The notes: generated from the sequence alone by a model not told the origin. DNA of 64,000 nucleotides from an uncultured Acidobacteriota bacterium (GCA_963827655.1 CAWHCF010000044.1:64001-128000); one strand, 5' to 3'. Positions 29,369-39,520 are shown, counted from the first letter of the stretch. A program made the numbers and translations.

Positions 29369-31693
29369 ATGAAATATCTTAAGCAGCTTCCAGGTAGTCA
29401 GACTCAAGAGATTGCTGTGCGCCATGTTGAGCCACAGCCCGCCCCCTATTATCCCCCGCAGCTCAATCGGGGCGATGCGGGTTTCACCGACGATTTCAGC
29501 CGCTGGCTGGAATACTGGCAGATCGTCCGGCGACACAAGGCCGTTGTGGTGCTACTGGCTCTGTTGGGTGGTGTGGGCGCGTTTCTTTACACGCTCTACC
29601 AGACGCCGGTTTATCGGGCCTATGCCACCCTGGAACTTCAGGGAATCCAGGAGCCCTTCCAGAGTGTTCGATTGTTGAATGAGGGGAATCCCTACGTTCA
29701 GACCCAGATCAAGCACCTGGAAAGCCGTACCCTTCGCCAGCGGGTCACTTCCAAAATGAAACCGCCGGAAGGACCGGTGGTTTCCTTTGCGGATCCCCTC
29801 CGGAGATTGCGCACGTCTCTCGGTCTCCCCGCACCCTCGGGAATACCCGGATGGAAGGAAGCGGTCGGGATGGCCGCGGGAAGCGTGAGAGTACTGGCCG
29901 AACATGATAGCCAGGTCGTCACCCTCCAGTGCGACTCGACCGACGCCAAGGTCGCCGCCGATTACATCAATCTGTTGGCCGAAGAATATATCGAGCAGAC
30001 TTCGGAAGAACGCTGGAAGACCTACCAGAGTACCGGCGATTGGCTTACTCGCGCCCAGGCAGAACTGAAGAAGAAGCTCGAGGATTCAGAGAACGAGCTG
30101 GCCGACTACGCGCGCGCTGAAAATCTGCTGTTTACTTCGGAAACACAGAGCGTAGCCGAAGAGAAGCTAAAGCAACTACAGGGAGAACTCGCCCGAGCCG
30201 CAGCCGATCGTATCGGCCGGCAGTCTCAGTACGAGACTACAGTCTCGAGTCAACCGGAGGCTTTGCCTGCGGTGCTTGATCACGGTCCTATCAGTCATTA
30301 CCAGATGCAACTCGCGGACCTCAATCGGCAAATGGCCGAATTGACCTCAGCTTTGACGCCGGACCACCCCAAGGTTAAGCGGCTGCAGGCTCAGATCGAC
30401 GAGGTGCGGGCAGGTCAAAAAAGGGAGCAGGGTAACATTCTCAGGCGTATTCGAATCGAATACGATACTGCCTTACGCCGTGAGAAGCAGCTCGAGAATG
30501 ACTTCGCGCGTCAGTCCAGAATAATCGAAGAGCAGGGAGAAAAGCTGATCCGTTACAAGATCCTCAAACGCGAGGTCGACAGCAACAGGCAGCTCTACGA
30601 GGCCACGCTGCAAAAGGGGAAGGAAGCCAGTATTGCTTCGGCACTCCAGGCCAGCAACGCCCAGGTGATCGATTCTGCGACTCCGCCAGGACTACCCTAT
30701 AAACCGAGCCTTCCTCTACACTCGGCTTTCGGCCTGGTTTGCGGTTTATTCTCCGGTGTTTTGTTGGCTTTCGTGCTCGAGCGCTCGAATGCCAGCATCC
30801 AGATGCCGGGTTTTCTGCCCTTCTACCTCAATGTGCGAGAGCTGGGAGTTATTCCTTCCGCGAAAGCGGATCCCGAAATGCGCCACTTGAGCAAGAAGTG
30901 GCAGCCGTTCGCCCTCCTCGGATCGAGCAAGCGCGACGCCGGAGCCCCCGGAAATGGCAAAGATCCTCGACGGGACGATGCCGAGTCCGTGGAACTCGTT
31001 ACCTGGACGCGGAAGCCGTCGCTTATGGCGGAATCGTTCAGGGCCACGATGGCGTCGATCCTGTTCTCGGGGCAGAATGGAAACCGGCCTCAGATCATCA
31101 TTCTCACCAGCCCGTCCCCCAAAGACGGGAAGAGCACCATCATCAGCAACCTGGCCATCGCCATGGCCGAGATCAATCGACGCGTGTTGCTCATCGACGC
31201 CGACATGAGAATACCCCGGCTCCACAAGATCTTCGACATCACCAATAGCTGGGGGCTGAGCGATGTGCTCTACGATCGGATTCCGATTGAGGACTACCCC
31301 GAAGAATCAATCGTGCGCAAGACCCAGATTCCCAATCTCAGCCTTTTGCCCAGCGGCCCGCGTCGCGTGAGCATTTCAAGCCTGCTCTATTCTCACCGGA
31401 TGGCAGAGCTGCTGTTCCGATTCAGGAGGGACTTTGAAACCATCCTGATTGACACGGCTCCCATGCTACAGATCTCCGACGCGCGCGTCCTGGCTCGCCT
31501 GTCCGACGGCGTCATCCTGGTATGCCGCGCCGGGCACACCACACGTGACGTGGCGATCGCGGGCATCAACTGTTTTGAAGAGGACGGCACGCCTGTGCTC
31601 GGCACGATTCTGAACAACTGGGATCCCAACGTCACAGGCTACAAGGCCTATTCCGCCTACTCCGAGTATTGTCGCAGCTCGCAAGCCTCTTAG
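29369..31693 (+). CDS. wzc: Polysaccharide co-polymerase / BY-kinase (Wzc)
   Basis: Two TM segments with a coiled-coil; AESFR, SPSPKDGKST, LIDADMR, ILIDTAP, C-terminal Tyr cluster GYKAYSAYSEY. Confidence 0.92.
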   Translation: MKYLKQLPGSQTQEIAVRHVEPQPAPYYPPQLNRGDAGFTDDFSRWLEYWQIVRRHKAVVVLLALLGGVGAFLYTLYQTPVYRAYATLELQGIQEPFQSVRLLNEGNPYVQTQIKHLESRTLRQRVTSKMKPPEGPVVSFADPLRRLRTSLGLPAPSGIPGWKEAVGMAAGSVRVLAEHDSQVVTLQCDSTDAKVAADYINLLAEEYIEQTSEERWKTYQSTGDWLTRAQAELKKKLEDSENELADYARAENLLFTSETQSVAEEKLKQLQGELARAAADRIGRQSQYETTVSSQPEALPAVLDHGPISHYQMQLADLNRQMAELTSALTPDHPKVKRLQAQIDEVRAGQKREQGNILRRIRIEYDTALRREKQLENDFARQSRIIEEQGEKLIRYKILKREVDSNRQLYEATLQKGKEASIASALQASNAQVIDSATPPGLPYKPSLPLHSAFGLVCGLFSGVLLAFVLERSNASIQMPGFLPFYLNVRELGVIPSAKADPEMRHLSKKWQPFALLGSSKRDAGAPGNGKDPRRDDAESVELVTWTRKPSLMAESFRATMASILFSGQNGNRPQIIILTSPSPKDGKSTIISNLAIAMAEINRRVLLIDADMRIPRLHKIFDITNSWGLSDVLYDRIPIEDYPEESIVRKTQIPNLSLLPSGPRRVSISSLLYSHRMAELLFRFRRDFETILIDTAPMLQISDARVLARLSDGVILVCRAGHTTRDVAIAGINCFEEDGTPVLGTILNNWDPNVTGYKAYSAYSEYCRSSQAS

Positions 31694-31705
31694 CGAGCCC
31701 TCCAG

Positions 31706-31790
31706 GTGTCTTCGCGTCTCGGCGGTGGATGTTTTTGTTGCCCCACCCCGAAGACGCGAAGGCGCACATGAAACGCGAAGCGACATTTTA
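31706..31790 (+). repeat. Degenerate member of the (A/C)ACC.CGAAGAC repeat family (inverted pair)
   Basis: GTGTCTTCGCGTCTCGGCGGTG ... CACCCCGAAGACGCGAAGGCGC ... ACGCGAAG. Confidence 0.55.
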
Positions 31791-31803
31791 AGGCGAAGCA
31801 CTC

Positions 31804-33657
31804 GTGACCACCAGCATCCTCGGAATCTCGGGCTACTACCACGACTCCGCCGCCGCCCTGATAAGCGACGGTGAAATCATTGCGGCAGCTCAAGAGGAAC
31901 GTTTTACCCGGCTCAAGGGGGACCCGCGGTTTCCTGGCAACGCAATAGCTTATTGCCTTGCCGAGGCCAACATCGATTCGTCAGAGCTTGACTACGTCGT
32001 CTTTTACGAACAACCGTGGATCAAGTTCGGGCGTCTGATGGAGACCTACCTCGCTTTCGCTCCCCGGGGCTTTCAGTCCTTCCGCCAGGCCGCGCCGGTC
32101 TGGGCCCGCCACAAGCTGCGTCTGTCGCAGGAAATAAAATCGCGACTGGGACCGAAGTTCCGAGGCCGCTTCTGTTTTGCCCGGCATCACGAATCCCATG
32201 CGGCAAGCGCTTTCTTCCCCTCCCCCTTCGAAGAGGCGACTATCCTCACGCTGGACGCCGTTGGCGAATGGGCGACAAGCTCGATCGGCGTCGGTCGCGG
32301 AAACCGACTTACCCTCACCCACGAGCTGCATTTCCCTCACTCGCTGGGAATGCTCTACTCGGCCTTCACTTACTACACGGGCTTCAAGGTCAATTCCGGC
32401 GAATACAAGCTGATGGGCCTGGCGCCTTATGGCAAGCCGCAATACGTCGATGTGATTCTCGAGAAAATCGTCCGGATCGCCGATGATGGCTCCCTCTGGC
32501 TCGACATGGACTACTTCAACTACTGCCAGGGTCTGACGATGACCTCGGACAAATTTCATAATCTCTTCGGGGGGCCGCCGCGCAAACCGGATAGCATGCT
32601 TACTCAGAAGGACATGGACCTGGCCGCGTCCATACAGGTTGTCTGTGAAGAGGTAGTCCTCCGCAACGCCCGGCACGCGCATCAGCTGACGGGGATGCGG
32701 AACCTGGTCATGGCGGGCGGCGTAGCGCTGAATTGTGTCGCTAATGGCCGGATTCTACGCGAGGGTCCCTTCGAGAAAATCTGGGTCCAGCCGGCTGCGG
32801 GAGATGCGGGAGGAGCCCTCGGCGCGGCCCTGCTGACATGGCACCAACTGCTCGGAAAATCGCGACAACCCAAGCCGCAAGACAGTCAGGGGGGGTCCCT
32901 TCTAGGGCCGGCCTTCACCAATGATGAGATCGCCCTTTTTCTTGACTCGGTCGGTGCCCACTACGACTACCTTGGCGACGAAAGCAGCTTGATCGATCGC
33001 GTGGGCCAGCTGTTAGCTCAAGAAAAGATCATCGGCTTCTTCCAGGGACGTATGGAGTTCGGACCTCGCGCCCTGGGATCCCGCAGCATCATAGGCGATG
33101 CTCGCTCCCCCCGGATGCAGCAAGACATGAACTTGAAAATAAAGTTCCGGGAATCGTTCCGGCCGTTTGCTCCGTCGGTGCTGCGTGAATTCGCCGACAC
33201 GCTGTTTACACTCCGTCCGAACGAGGAGAGTCCTTATATGTTGTTCGTCGCACCGGTTCGTGAAGGCGTGAGAAAGCCCCTGAACCCTGAGGACCTCGAG
33301 CGAATGCAGGACCCCGATTTGAGAGTTCGAGTCTCGGTGCCGCGATCGAGCGTCCCGGCGGTAACCCACGTCGACTATTCTGCAAGAATCCAGACCCTCG
33401 ATCCGGAACGTCACGGTCGCTTCTACCGCCTGGTGCGACGGTTTTACGAACTGACCGGGTGTCCTGTAGTCGTCAATACAAGCTTCAACATACGGGGTGA
33501 GCCCATCGTTTGCACGCCCGACCAGGCGTTTCGCTGCTTCATGGCCACAGATATGGACTGCCTGGTTCTGGAGAACTTCGTTCTTATGAAAGACACTCAA
33601 CCCGCAGGCCTGCTGCAGGACGCCGAGGCCTATAAGGCACAGTATTCCCCGGACTAG
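31804..33657 (+). CDS. O-carbamoyltransferase, NodU/CmcH/SxtI family
   Basis: ILGISGYYHDSAAAL, AAQEERFTR, HHESHAASAFF, GEYKLMGLAPYG, AGGVALNCVAN, EFGPRALG, KFRESFRPFAP, NTSFN. Confidence 0.95.
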   Translation: MTTSILGISGYYHDSAAALISDGEIIAAAQEERFTRLKGDPRFPGNAIAYCLAEANIDSSELDYVVFYEQPWIKFGRLMETYLAFAPRGFQSFRQAAPVWARHKLRLSQEIKSRLGPKFRGRFCFARHHESHAASAFFPSPFEEATILTLDAVGEWATSSIGVGRGNRLTLTHELHFPHSLGMLYSAFTYYTGFKVNSGEYKLMGLAPYGKPQYVDVILEKIVRIADDGSLWLDMDYFNYCQGLTMTSDKFHNLFGGPPRKPDSMLTQKDMDLAASIQVVCEEVVLRNARHAHQLTGMRNLVMAGGVALNCVANGRILREGPFEKIWVQPAAGDAGGALGAALLTWHQLLGKSRQPKPQDSQGGSLLGPAFTNDEIALFLDSVGAHYDYLGDESSLIDRVGQLLAQEKIIGFFQGRMEFGPRALGSRSIIGDARSPRMQQDMNLKIKFRESFRPFAPSVLREFADTLFTLRPNEESPYMLFVAPVREGVRKPLNPEDLERMQDPDLRVRVSVPRSSVPAVTHVDYSARIQTLDPERHGRFYRLVRRFYELTGCPVVVNTSFNIRGEPIVCTPDQAFRCFMATDMDCLVLENFVLMKDTQPAGLLQDAEAYKAQYSPD

Positions 33658-33661
33658 AGTT

Positions 33662-34228
33662 ATGTTTTCACTCATCCTTCCTCCCGCGCGACGTTATTCC
33701 ATTCTGATCGGTTTCTGGCTCGCTCTCAGTCTTTTCGCTGGAATAACCCTCGGTGCTATTCTGTCGCTGTGGGTATCCCCGACGCTGATGACTCTCGGTC
33801 TGATTGCGGTTCCGGTCCTGGCTCTACCCGGACTGCTGTGGCCGCAGGTGGCGATTCTACCTTACGTGGTCTGGAATAAACTGGCGAGGGAGTTCGGGCG
33901 CTATTCGCGCGCGTGGTTGATGGCCATCTGCTTCTATGTGATTGTGGTGGCTGTAGGGCGAAGCGGAGCGTCACTCCAGCTTGCCCGTCCTGATTCAGGC
34001 CAATCGCTGTGGGTTCGCCGGCAAGATCCCTCTGGAGCCCGCAACGGCTTCGAACGGGTCGTCGCCGCGGATGAATCTTCCAAGAGCTGGATTCGCAACT
34101 TCCTCAAGTGGAGTGCGCGATCGAGCAATCTTTGGGCCTGCGGCGTGCTGCCGTTCTTAGTCCTGATCTCGGCTCTCGACCCCGAACAGGACAACACCGT
34201 CCCCAAAGATATCTACACGCTATTCTAA
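33662..34228 (+). CDS. SxtJ-like membrane protein with fused SxtK/DUF5989-like C-terminus (..KDIYTLF)
   Basis: TM segments, PYVVWNKLAREFG..LMAICFYVIV (SxtJ-like), ends IYTLF; immediately after the carbamoyltransferase. Confidence 0.65.
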   Translation: MFSLILPPARRYSILIGFWLALSLFAGITLGAILSLWVSPTLMTLGLIAVPVLALPGLLWPQVAILPYVVWNKLAREFGRYSRAWLMAICFYVIVVAVGRSGASLQLARPDSGQSLWVRRQDPSGARNGFERVVAADESSKSWIRNFLKWSARSSNLWACGVLPFLVLISALDPEQDNTVPKDIYTLF

Positions 34229-34236
34229 GGTTTTCA

Positions 34237-35358
34237 GTGACTTCCATTCGCTCAGTTCTGGCCCTGATCGCCTCCCTGGCCGGTTTGCTTCTGGCGGCTC
34301 CAATTGTCGTGCTTGGTCTCCCCTTCTGGGCGGTAGCCTGGCTGACCAAGCGAATCACCGGATTGCTGGAACCGGAGATCGTGCTCTGGGACCAGCTCAT
34401 AAGATTCGACCCGACCTTCGGCTGGAAGCCGAAGGCGAACCTGAATACTCACTGCGTTTCAGAGTTGGGAGGCGAGGTCTTTCACGTAACGACCGATTCT
34501 GAGGGATGGCCGGGAGCGTCCACGATCGACGAGAGCTCAATCACGGTCTTCGGCGACTCCTTCGCTTTCGGTTACGGAGTGAACGCTGAGGCCTTGTTTT
34601 CCGAGGTCAATCCTAAACTCCGCGTCAAAGCCATCGGAGCTCCCGGCTACAACATGGTTCAGGAAGTGATGTGGATGGATCGATTGTCGTCCCATCTCAG
34701 AGGGAAGCTCGTCGTTTGGTTTATTTATGTTGGCAACGATCTGTACGAGAACCTGCAGCCAAACATGCAGGATTACCGAACGCCTTTTGTGCGCCGTGCC
34801 GGTTCGACCGGTGAGTGGCAGATCGTCACCAGCCATCTCAGCTCGTCGAGGTGGTGGCCGTATCACGTGAATGACAAGTTGAGGTCCGCTCAGAGATTCG
34901 CCGCAATCTTCGGGACATCCTTCTTGTCAGAGCGGGTCTATTCGGCCTGCGAGTTTCTGATCAGAAAAGGAAACAATATCTGTGCGCACGCCGGCGCCTC
35001 GCTGGCAGTCACTACAATACCCATCATAGATCAACTGAGCTTGAATGGCTGGAAACAGCGAATATCTGAGCTGGGATATCCGGAATCTCTCGACCTCAAC
35101 CAGCCGGACCGTAAAATCGCCGAAATCTGCTCGACGTTGGGAGTCCGCTTCGTCGCAGGAAAGGACCACCTCAATGCCCGGCATTTCATTCCGGCAGACG
35201 GTCATTGGAATGAAAAGGGGCATCAAAGAATAGCGGATCTGCTGGCCGAGCTTCATCAACAGCGGCACCCGGCGGCCCGGAACGATACTGATCCGGAACT
35301 GCGTCTCTCACACGCGCAAAAACGCCCGACGGGCACGTTTCAGTGGCGCACCGATTGA
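34237..35358 (+). CDS. Membrane-anchored SGNH/GDSL-fold protein
   Basis: N-terminal TM; FGDSFAFGYGV, GAPGY, YVGNDL, DGHWNEKGH. Confidence 0.8.
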   Translation: MTSIRSVLALIASLAGLLLAAPIVVLGLPFWAVAWLTKRITGLLEPEIVLWDQLIRFDPTFGWKPKANLNTHCVSELGGEVFHVTTDSEGWPGASTIDESSITVFGDSFAFGYGVNAEALFSEVNPKLRVKAIGAPGYNMVQEVMWMDRLSSHLRGKLVVWFIYVGNDLYENLQPNMQDYRTPFVRRAGSTGEWQIVTSHLSSSRWWPYHVNDKLRSAQRFAAIFGTSFLSERVYSACEFLIRKGNNICAHAGASLAVTTIPIIDQLSLNGWKQRISELGYPESLDLNQPDRKIAEICSTLGVRFVAGKDHLNARHFIPADGHWNEKGHQRIADLLAELHQQRHPAARNDTDPELRLSHAQKRPTGTFQWRTD

Positions 35359-35454
35359 CTGAGACCAGGGGTTTCCACGTGGCTTCGAGTCTAAGTCACT
35401 GGCTGCATTTAGGCAAGTCGCGGGCATCGGTGTGTCAGGCGTCCTCGAATTTGC

Positions 35455-35608
35455 TGGCGCTTCATGGATCTTACCCCTGAGAACAAAACTCGAGAAAAAC
35501 AAAGTATGGATCTACGGCCAGAACGATTCGACGCACTGGTCCCACCCTGGCACGGCTTTTGCGGCAGAGACGATGGCGGAAGAACTCGTAAAGGTGATGG
35601 CCCAATAG
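35455..35608 (+). pseudogene. 3' remnant of an SGNH/AlgX-like gene (relic 1)
   Basis: Manual translation WRFMDLT / PLRTKLEKNKVWIYGQNDSTHWSHPGTAFAAETMAEELVKVMAQ*; homologous to the relic at 40818-41006. Confidence 0.65.
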
Positions 35609-35697
35609 CACAGGCGCCCCGTTCAGGTTTCACGCAAACGTCCTCCGGGCGCAACGTCTCATTGATTTCGTAATAATAACCATCGCTGGAGCTGATC

Positions 35698-36990
35698 ATG
35701 AACCAGGATAACACAGGGGAATCCGCGTTCGGCCGCTCGATCGGGCGAGGAACCTTCAGGTCTGCAACGCCTGATTCCCTCCAGTCTCTAGTTCTGATTA
35801 ATGTAGGCACATTTTTATTGTGTACATTGCTCGCTTTCCTCGCTGCAGAGCTCATGTTCCGTTGGTTTTCCCCGATGGTCCAAGAAGCCGGAGCTGGGCA
35901 TCGGCCAAGCAGGAACCCCGTCTTATTGCACGAACCCATACCCGGGCATTCAAATACGAATAGCGACGGTTTACCCGATCACGAATACTCGGTTGCGAAG
36001 CCGGCGGGCACAAAGCGAATCCTGGTCCTGGGCGACGACGTGGTCTCTGGATTTGGTGTTTCCCTGCCGGACACTCTTCCGAAAGGCCTTGAAGCCGCTT
36101 ACAAAGCCAATGCCGAGTCTGTCGAGGTGCTTAACTTCGGTGTTTCCGGGTACGATACCCAGCAGGAGATTGAATTCTTCAAAGCCAAGGGAATCAAATA
36201 CCGCCCGGACATCGTCGTCGTGGTCTACGTCATGAACGACAATCGCTATGCCTCTCAGGAGTTGAGAGATTTAAGCGACGTCAAATTTTTGGCCGTTCCC
36301 AGGCCGCCGAGTGCAAATCCCCTCAAACGAGGGGCAGCATCCTTGTTCCATTCTTCACGCTTCCTGCAGTTTCTCGGTGCTCAGTGTCATATTGAGAGAA
36401 AACTCCCATTTCTCCAGGATTACCCTCGGTTGATCGACTACGTGGAGGAAAAGAATCTTCGAGAGCGGGACTCATCCGACAGCAAGTACGCTCAACTGGA
36501 AACCCAGGTTCAAGTCCGCGCCGAAGAGATTGGAACCACGCCGGACGCGCTCGAGTTCTCCATCCACGCGCTGGGGTTCCGGCATAGTGAGACCCTCTAC
36601 CAGTCCCATTGGAATGCCTCCTACCAGGCATTGACCAGACTGAAGGCTTTATCCGACGAGTACTCGTTCCAGGTTGTGGTCGTAGTCTTGCCTATCATGT
36701 ACCAAATGGACCGGTATCCGCTAAAGCCTGCGCATGACTTTTTTCGAAGCAATTTTGAATCACTCGGTTTCCAGACCGTCGACCTGCTCGAAATATGCAA
36801 ACATCTCTACAGCGTCTACGGATACTCGGCGGTCTCGCCGGACGGCATTCATTTAACGCCTTTCGCCGTGAAGAAAGTAGCCGGATACCTGTACAATCGG
36901 ATCCCCCTCGAGCGCCCGTTTCGCCCCGGGCGGGACGAGTCTCTCCTCGTGCACTCCCCCGGGCTCGGCCGCCAGAGCGCATTTCACTGA
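35698..36990 (+). CDS. SGNH/GDSL-fold protein with GDD in place of GDS
   Basis: TM anchor; RILVLGDDVVSGFGV, VLNFGVSGYDT.QE, YVMND, DGIH. Confidence 0.8.
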   Translation: MNQDNTGESAFGRSIGRGTFRSATPDSLQSLVLINVGTFLLCTLLAFLAAELMFRWFSPMVQEAGAGHRPSRNPVLLHEPIPGHSNTNSDGLPDHEYSVAKPAGTKRILVLGDDVVSGFGVSLPDTLPKGLEAAYKANAESVEVLNFGVSGYDTQQEIEFFKAKGIKYRPDIVVVVYVMNDNRYASQELRDLSDVKFLAVPRPPSANPLKRGAASLFHSSRFLQFLGAQCHIERKLPFLQDYPRLIDYVEEKNLRERDSSDSKYAQLETQVQVRAEEIGTTPDALEFSIHALGFRHSETLYQSHWNASYQALTRLKALSDEYSFQVVVVVLPIMYQMDRYPLKPAHDFFRSNFESLGFQTVDLLEICKHLYSVYGYSAVSPDGIHLTPFAVKKVAGYLYNRIPLERPFRPGRDESLLVHSPGLGRQSAFH

Positions 36991-37200
36991 GCGATCTCTA
37001 GCGCCGGCCTTCGCTGACCCCCCTTCCCTCGAACAGCAACCTCTGTGAGCTAAATGCCGCTATCAAGAAATCATCCTCGAGCGTCAGGGTAGAGTTCTTG
37101 TTCGGGCCGGGTCTTGCTGGAGATCGCGCCCTGCGACTGCTCGAGCTGTCGGGCGAAATCCATTTCATGCATCCAATGATATGAGCTTTAATTGTCATCT

Positions 37201-38307
37201 ATGCAGAATCATCCTCCGATTAAATTGATCGCCGTTGGTGATATTTGTCCTGGTGATCACAACTGCATGGGTTTTGGCACGGGAACGCTGATGAGGTCCC
37301 GTGGGCCATCATTCCCATTGCAACACGTGACGCACATGTTGCGCGAGGGCGACATCGTTTTCGGCAACTGCGAAGGGGTGCTCTCGAATGTTGGTGCAGA
37401 CCACAGAAACATCGACACCATGGAATTTCGGGGCATGCCAGAATTCGCAACCGCTCTTCGCAATTCTGGTTTTACCGTTCTGACGGTGGCAAATAACCAC
37501 GCTGGCGAACACGGGAGGGAAGCGCTATTTGACACCATCAACAATTTGCAATCGGCTGGTATCAAGGTCATCGGTCTGCGCGACGAGAACCGCACCGCTG
37601 TACCGCTGATACAAGAGATCAACGGCATTCGGATTGGCTGGCTGGCGTATACGTGGATTGTCTCTAAAAATACTAGCCAGGACCGCGCGCTACTATCGTG
37701 GACAAGGGGCAACGAGGTATCTACCGAAATCGCAACACTTCGTCCCAAGGTCGATTTTCTGATCGTTACTGCCCATTGGGGACGTGAGATCATTAGGGTC
37801 CCACCACAGAATGTGATCGATGCCGCTCACGCCATGGCGGAAGCGGGTGCCGACCTGGTGCTCGGACATCATCCGCATATGCTTCAAGGAATCGAACGTC
37901 ATGGCAGGTGTGTCATCGTCTACAGCCTCGGCGACTTTGTATTCGATGACTGGCTATATTGGTTTCGCGAGAGGGCTCTTTTTCGTTGCACGATCGAGGC
38001 GGGCAAGGCCCATAACCCCGAGTTCATCCCGCTGATGAGTAACCGACAGTTTCAGGTCGCTCCCGCTACAAAGGCCCAGAGAACTCGCATCTTAAGAAAA
38101 ATCGACGCGAGTACTCGCGCCATAACCGACCAGAGACTGGCTCACTTGCGAGATGAAGCTAAAGCCAAGCAGCTTGAGGCAAGGCGAAAGCGCCTCTTTT
38201 GGGGAGCCCGAGTCCTGTTCCTTACTGCCAATATTGGACGAATGGGGCCACGCATCGCCTACCAGAAGCTCTGCCGTCATTTCCCGCTGCCTTACGTAGG
38301 TAACTGA
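37201..38307 (+). CDS. CapA/PgsA family metallophosphoesterase-fold protein
   Basis: AVGD, GNCEG, VANNHAGEHG, HWG.E, GADLVLGHHPH, YSLGDFVF. Confidence 0.88.
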   Translation: MQNHPPIKLIAVGDICPGDHNCMGFGTGTLMRSRGPSFPLQHVTHMLREGDIVFGNCEGVLSNVGADHRNIDTMEFRGMPEFATALRNSGFTVLTVANNHAGEHGREALFDTINNLQSAGIKVIGLRDENRTAVPLIQEINGIRIGWLAYTWIVSKNTSQDRALLSWTRGNEVSTEIATLRPKVDFLIVTAHWGREIIRVPPQNVIDAAHAMAEAGADLVLGHHPHMLQGIERHGRCVIVYSLGDFVFDDWLYWFRERALFRCTIEAGKAHNPEFIPLMSNRQFQVAPATKAQRTRILRKIDASTRAITDQRLAHLRDEAKAKQLEARRKRLFWGARVLFLTANIGRMGPRIAYQKLCRHFPLPYVGN

Positions 38308-38461
38308 CTCGGTTAAACATCAAAGGTCTACAGCCGCCATCATTTTTAACCGCTCGGTCTATGACGGCTCAGATGGAGCAGCACAAGATGACTAAGCTGA
38401 AGCCGTGCTGGCGGCGAGACCGGGCCATCCAAGAAGTAATTTAGATGAAAGGAATCATTTG

Positions 38462-39367
38462 ATGAAAAAGGAACTTATTCCAGAGCCGCCCCGCCTGGTC
38501 GCGACGGGTATCAACGGACGACCAAACCGGACGGGGCAGTTGCGTAATCTGTTCTCCACAAAATTACTCACAGACCTGGTTTACGTCCCCCGAAGGTTCT
38601 TGGAGACCGTGCTAATCCAGGTACTGACTACCGACGAAAAGGCTCGTCTAAGCCGCTTCCTGTTCAATGTGTTTCCCAAGGCTCCAGGCGAAGCAGTTCC
38701 CGTTTGGGGAGAGACGCTCGCTCCGTGGGAGGAAACCTGGTTTCGTCGCCGATTGCCCGCTCCACCAGCTCGCGTTCTCCTTGGCGGATGTGGAGCCGGT
38801 AGAGAAGTGGTGGCGCTGATGAAGGAAGGCTTCCACGTTGATGCCTTCGACCCCGCGCCAAATCTCGTCTCCTCAACTAAATCAGCCGTCGGCGACAAGG
38901 CCCGCATCTTAACCTTTGGATATGAGGAACTTTCCGCAGCTGTGCTTGACAACACCTCCGGACCCGCTTCCTCTCTTGAAAAGTACTATGATGCGGTACT
39001 CCTGGGCTGGGGCAGCCTGACGTGCCTGATGGATCCCACGGAGCGGATGCGCCTCCTTCGTGCGCTCGACCTCATATGCCCAAAAGGCCCAATACTGGCT
39101 AGCTTCTGGTGTACGAATGGATATTCCCCAAGGAAACCCAGACGACACCATACTGAACGCCTTGGCCGCGCCCTAGGCGTTGCGCTGGCCAAGCTCCGAG
39201 GCGTGCGGGCGGAGACCGCCTCCCAAGAGCACTTCATGTCTCACAGTGGCTTTGGCCATGTATTTGCTCCAGAAGAAATCGAACAGCTTGGAACCACGAT
39301 ACGGAGAAGCGTCATTTGGGATTGCGATGATACCGATTACTCACACGTGACGTTCGTTGCGCAATGA
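38462..39367 (+). CDS. Class I SAM-dependent methyltransferase
   Basis: RVLLGGCGAGRE, VDAFDP, YDAVLLGWGS; GAAAGG RBS-like sequence before ATG 38462. Confidence 0.75.
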   Translation: MKKELIPEPPRLVATGINGRPNRTGQLRNLFSTKLLTDLVYVPRRFLETVLIQVLTTDEKARLSRFLFNVFPKAPGEAVPVWGETLAPWEETWFRRRLPAPPARVLLGGCGAGREVVALMKEGFHVDAFDPAPNLVSSTKSAVGDKARILTFGYEELSAAVLDNTSGPASSLEKYYDAVLLGWGSLTCLMDPTERMRLLRALDLICPKGPILASFWCTNGYSPRKPRRHHTERLGRALGVALAKLRGVRAETASQEHFMSHSGFGHVFAPEEIEQLGTTIRRSVIWDCDDTDYSHVTFVAQ

Positions 39368-39520
39368 CGGAACACATGTCTGACTGCAATGGACCTCATT
39401 ACCGCGCTCATTCTCCCAGTCTGCGGCTCCGGTCTAACAGAAACCGGTCCGACGATTTGCCCGACGTTGCATGCTGAACCCCTATCGGTTGATCATCTGC
39501 GACTGAAAGGGAGTCTACCC

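Noticed and set aside
35464-35673. Small ORF as a RiPP or lasso precursor
   Set aside because: The overlapping frame encodes a clear SGNH C-terminal relic, and no RiPP enzymes are nearby
31804-36990. Saxitoxin or Nod-factor cluster (sxtIJKL-like, nodU, noeC-like genes)
   Set aside because: No sxtA/sxtG or nodABC core genes; the context is polysaccharide export
37201-38307. Poly-gamma-glutamate capsule operon
   Set aside because: capB and capC are absent from the window
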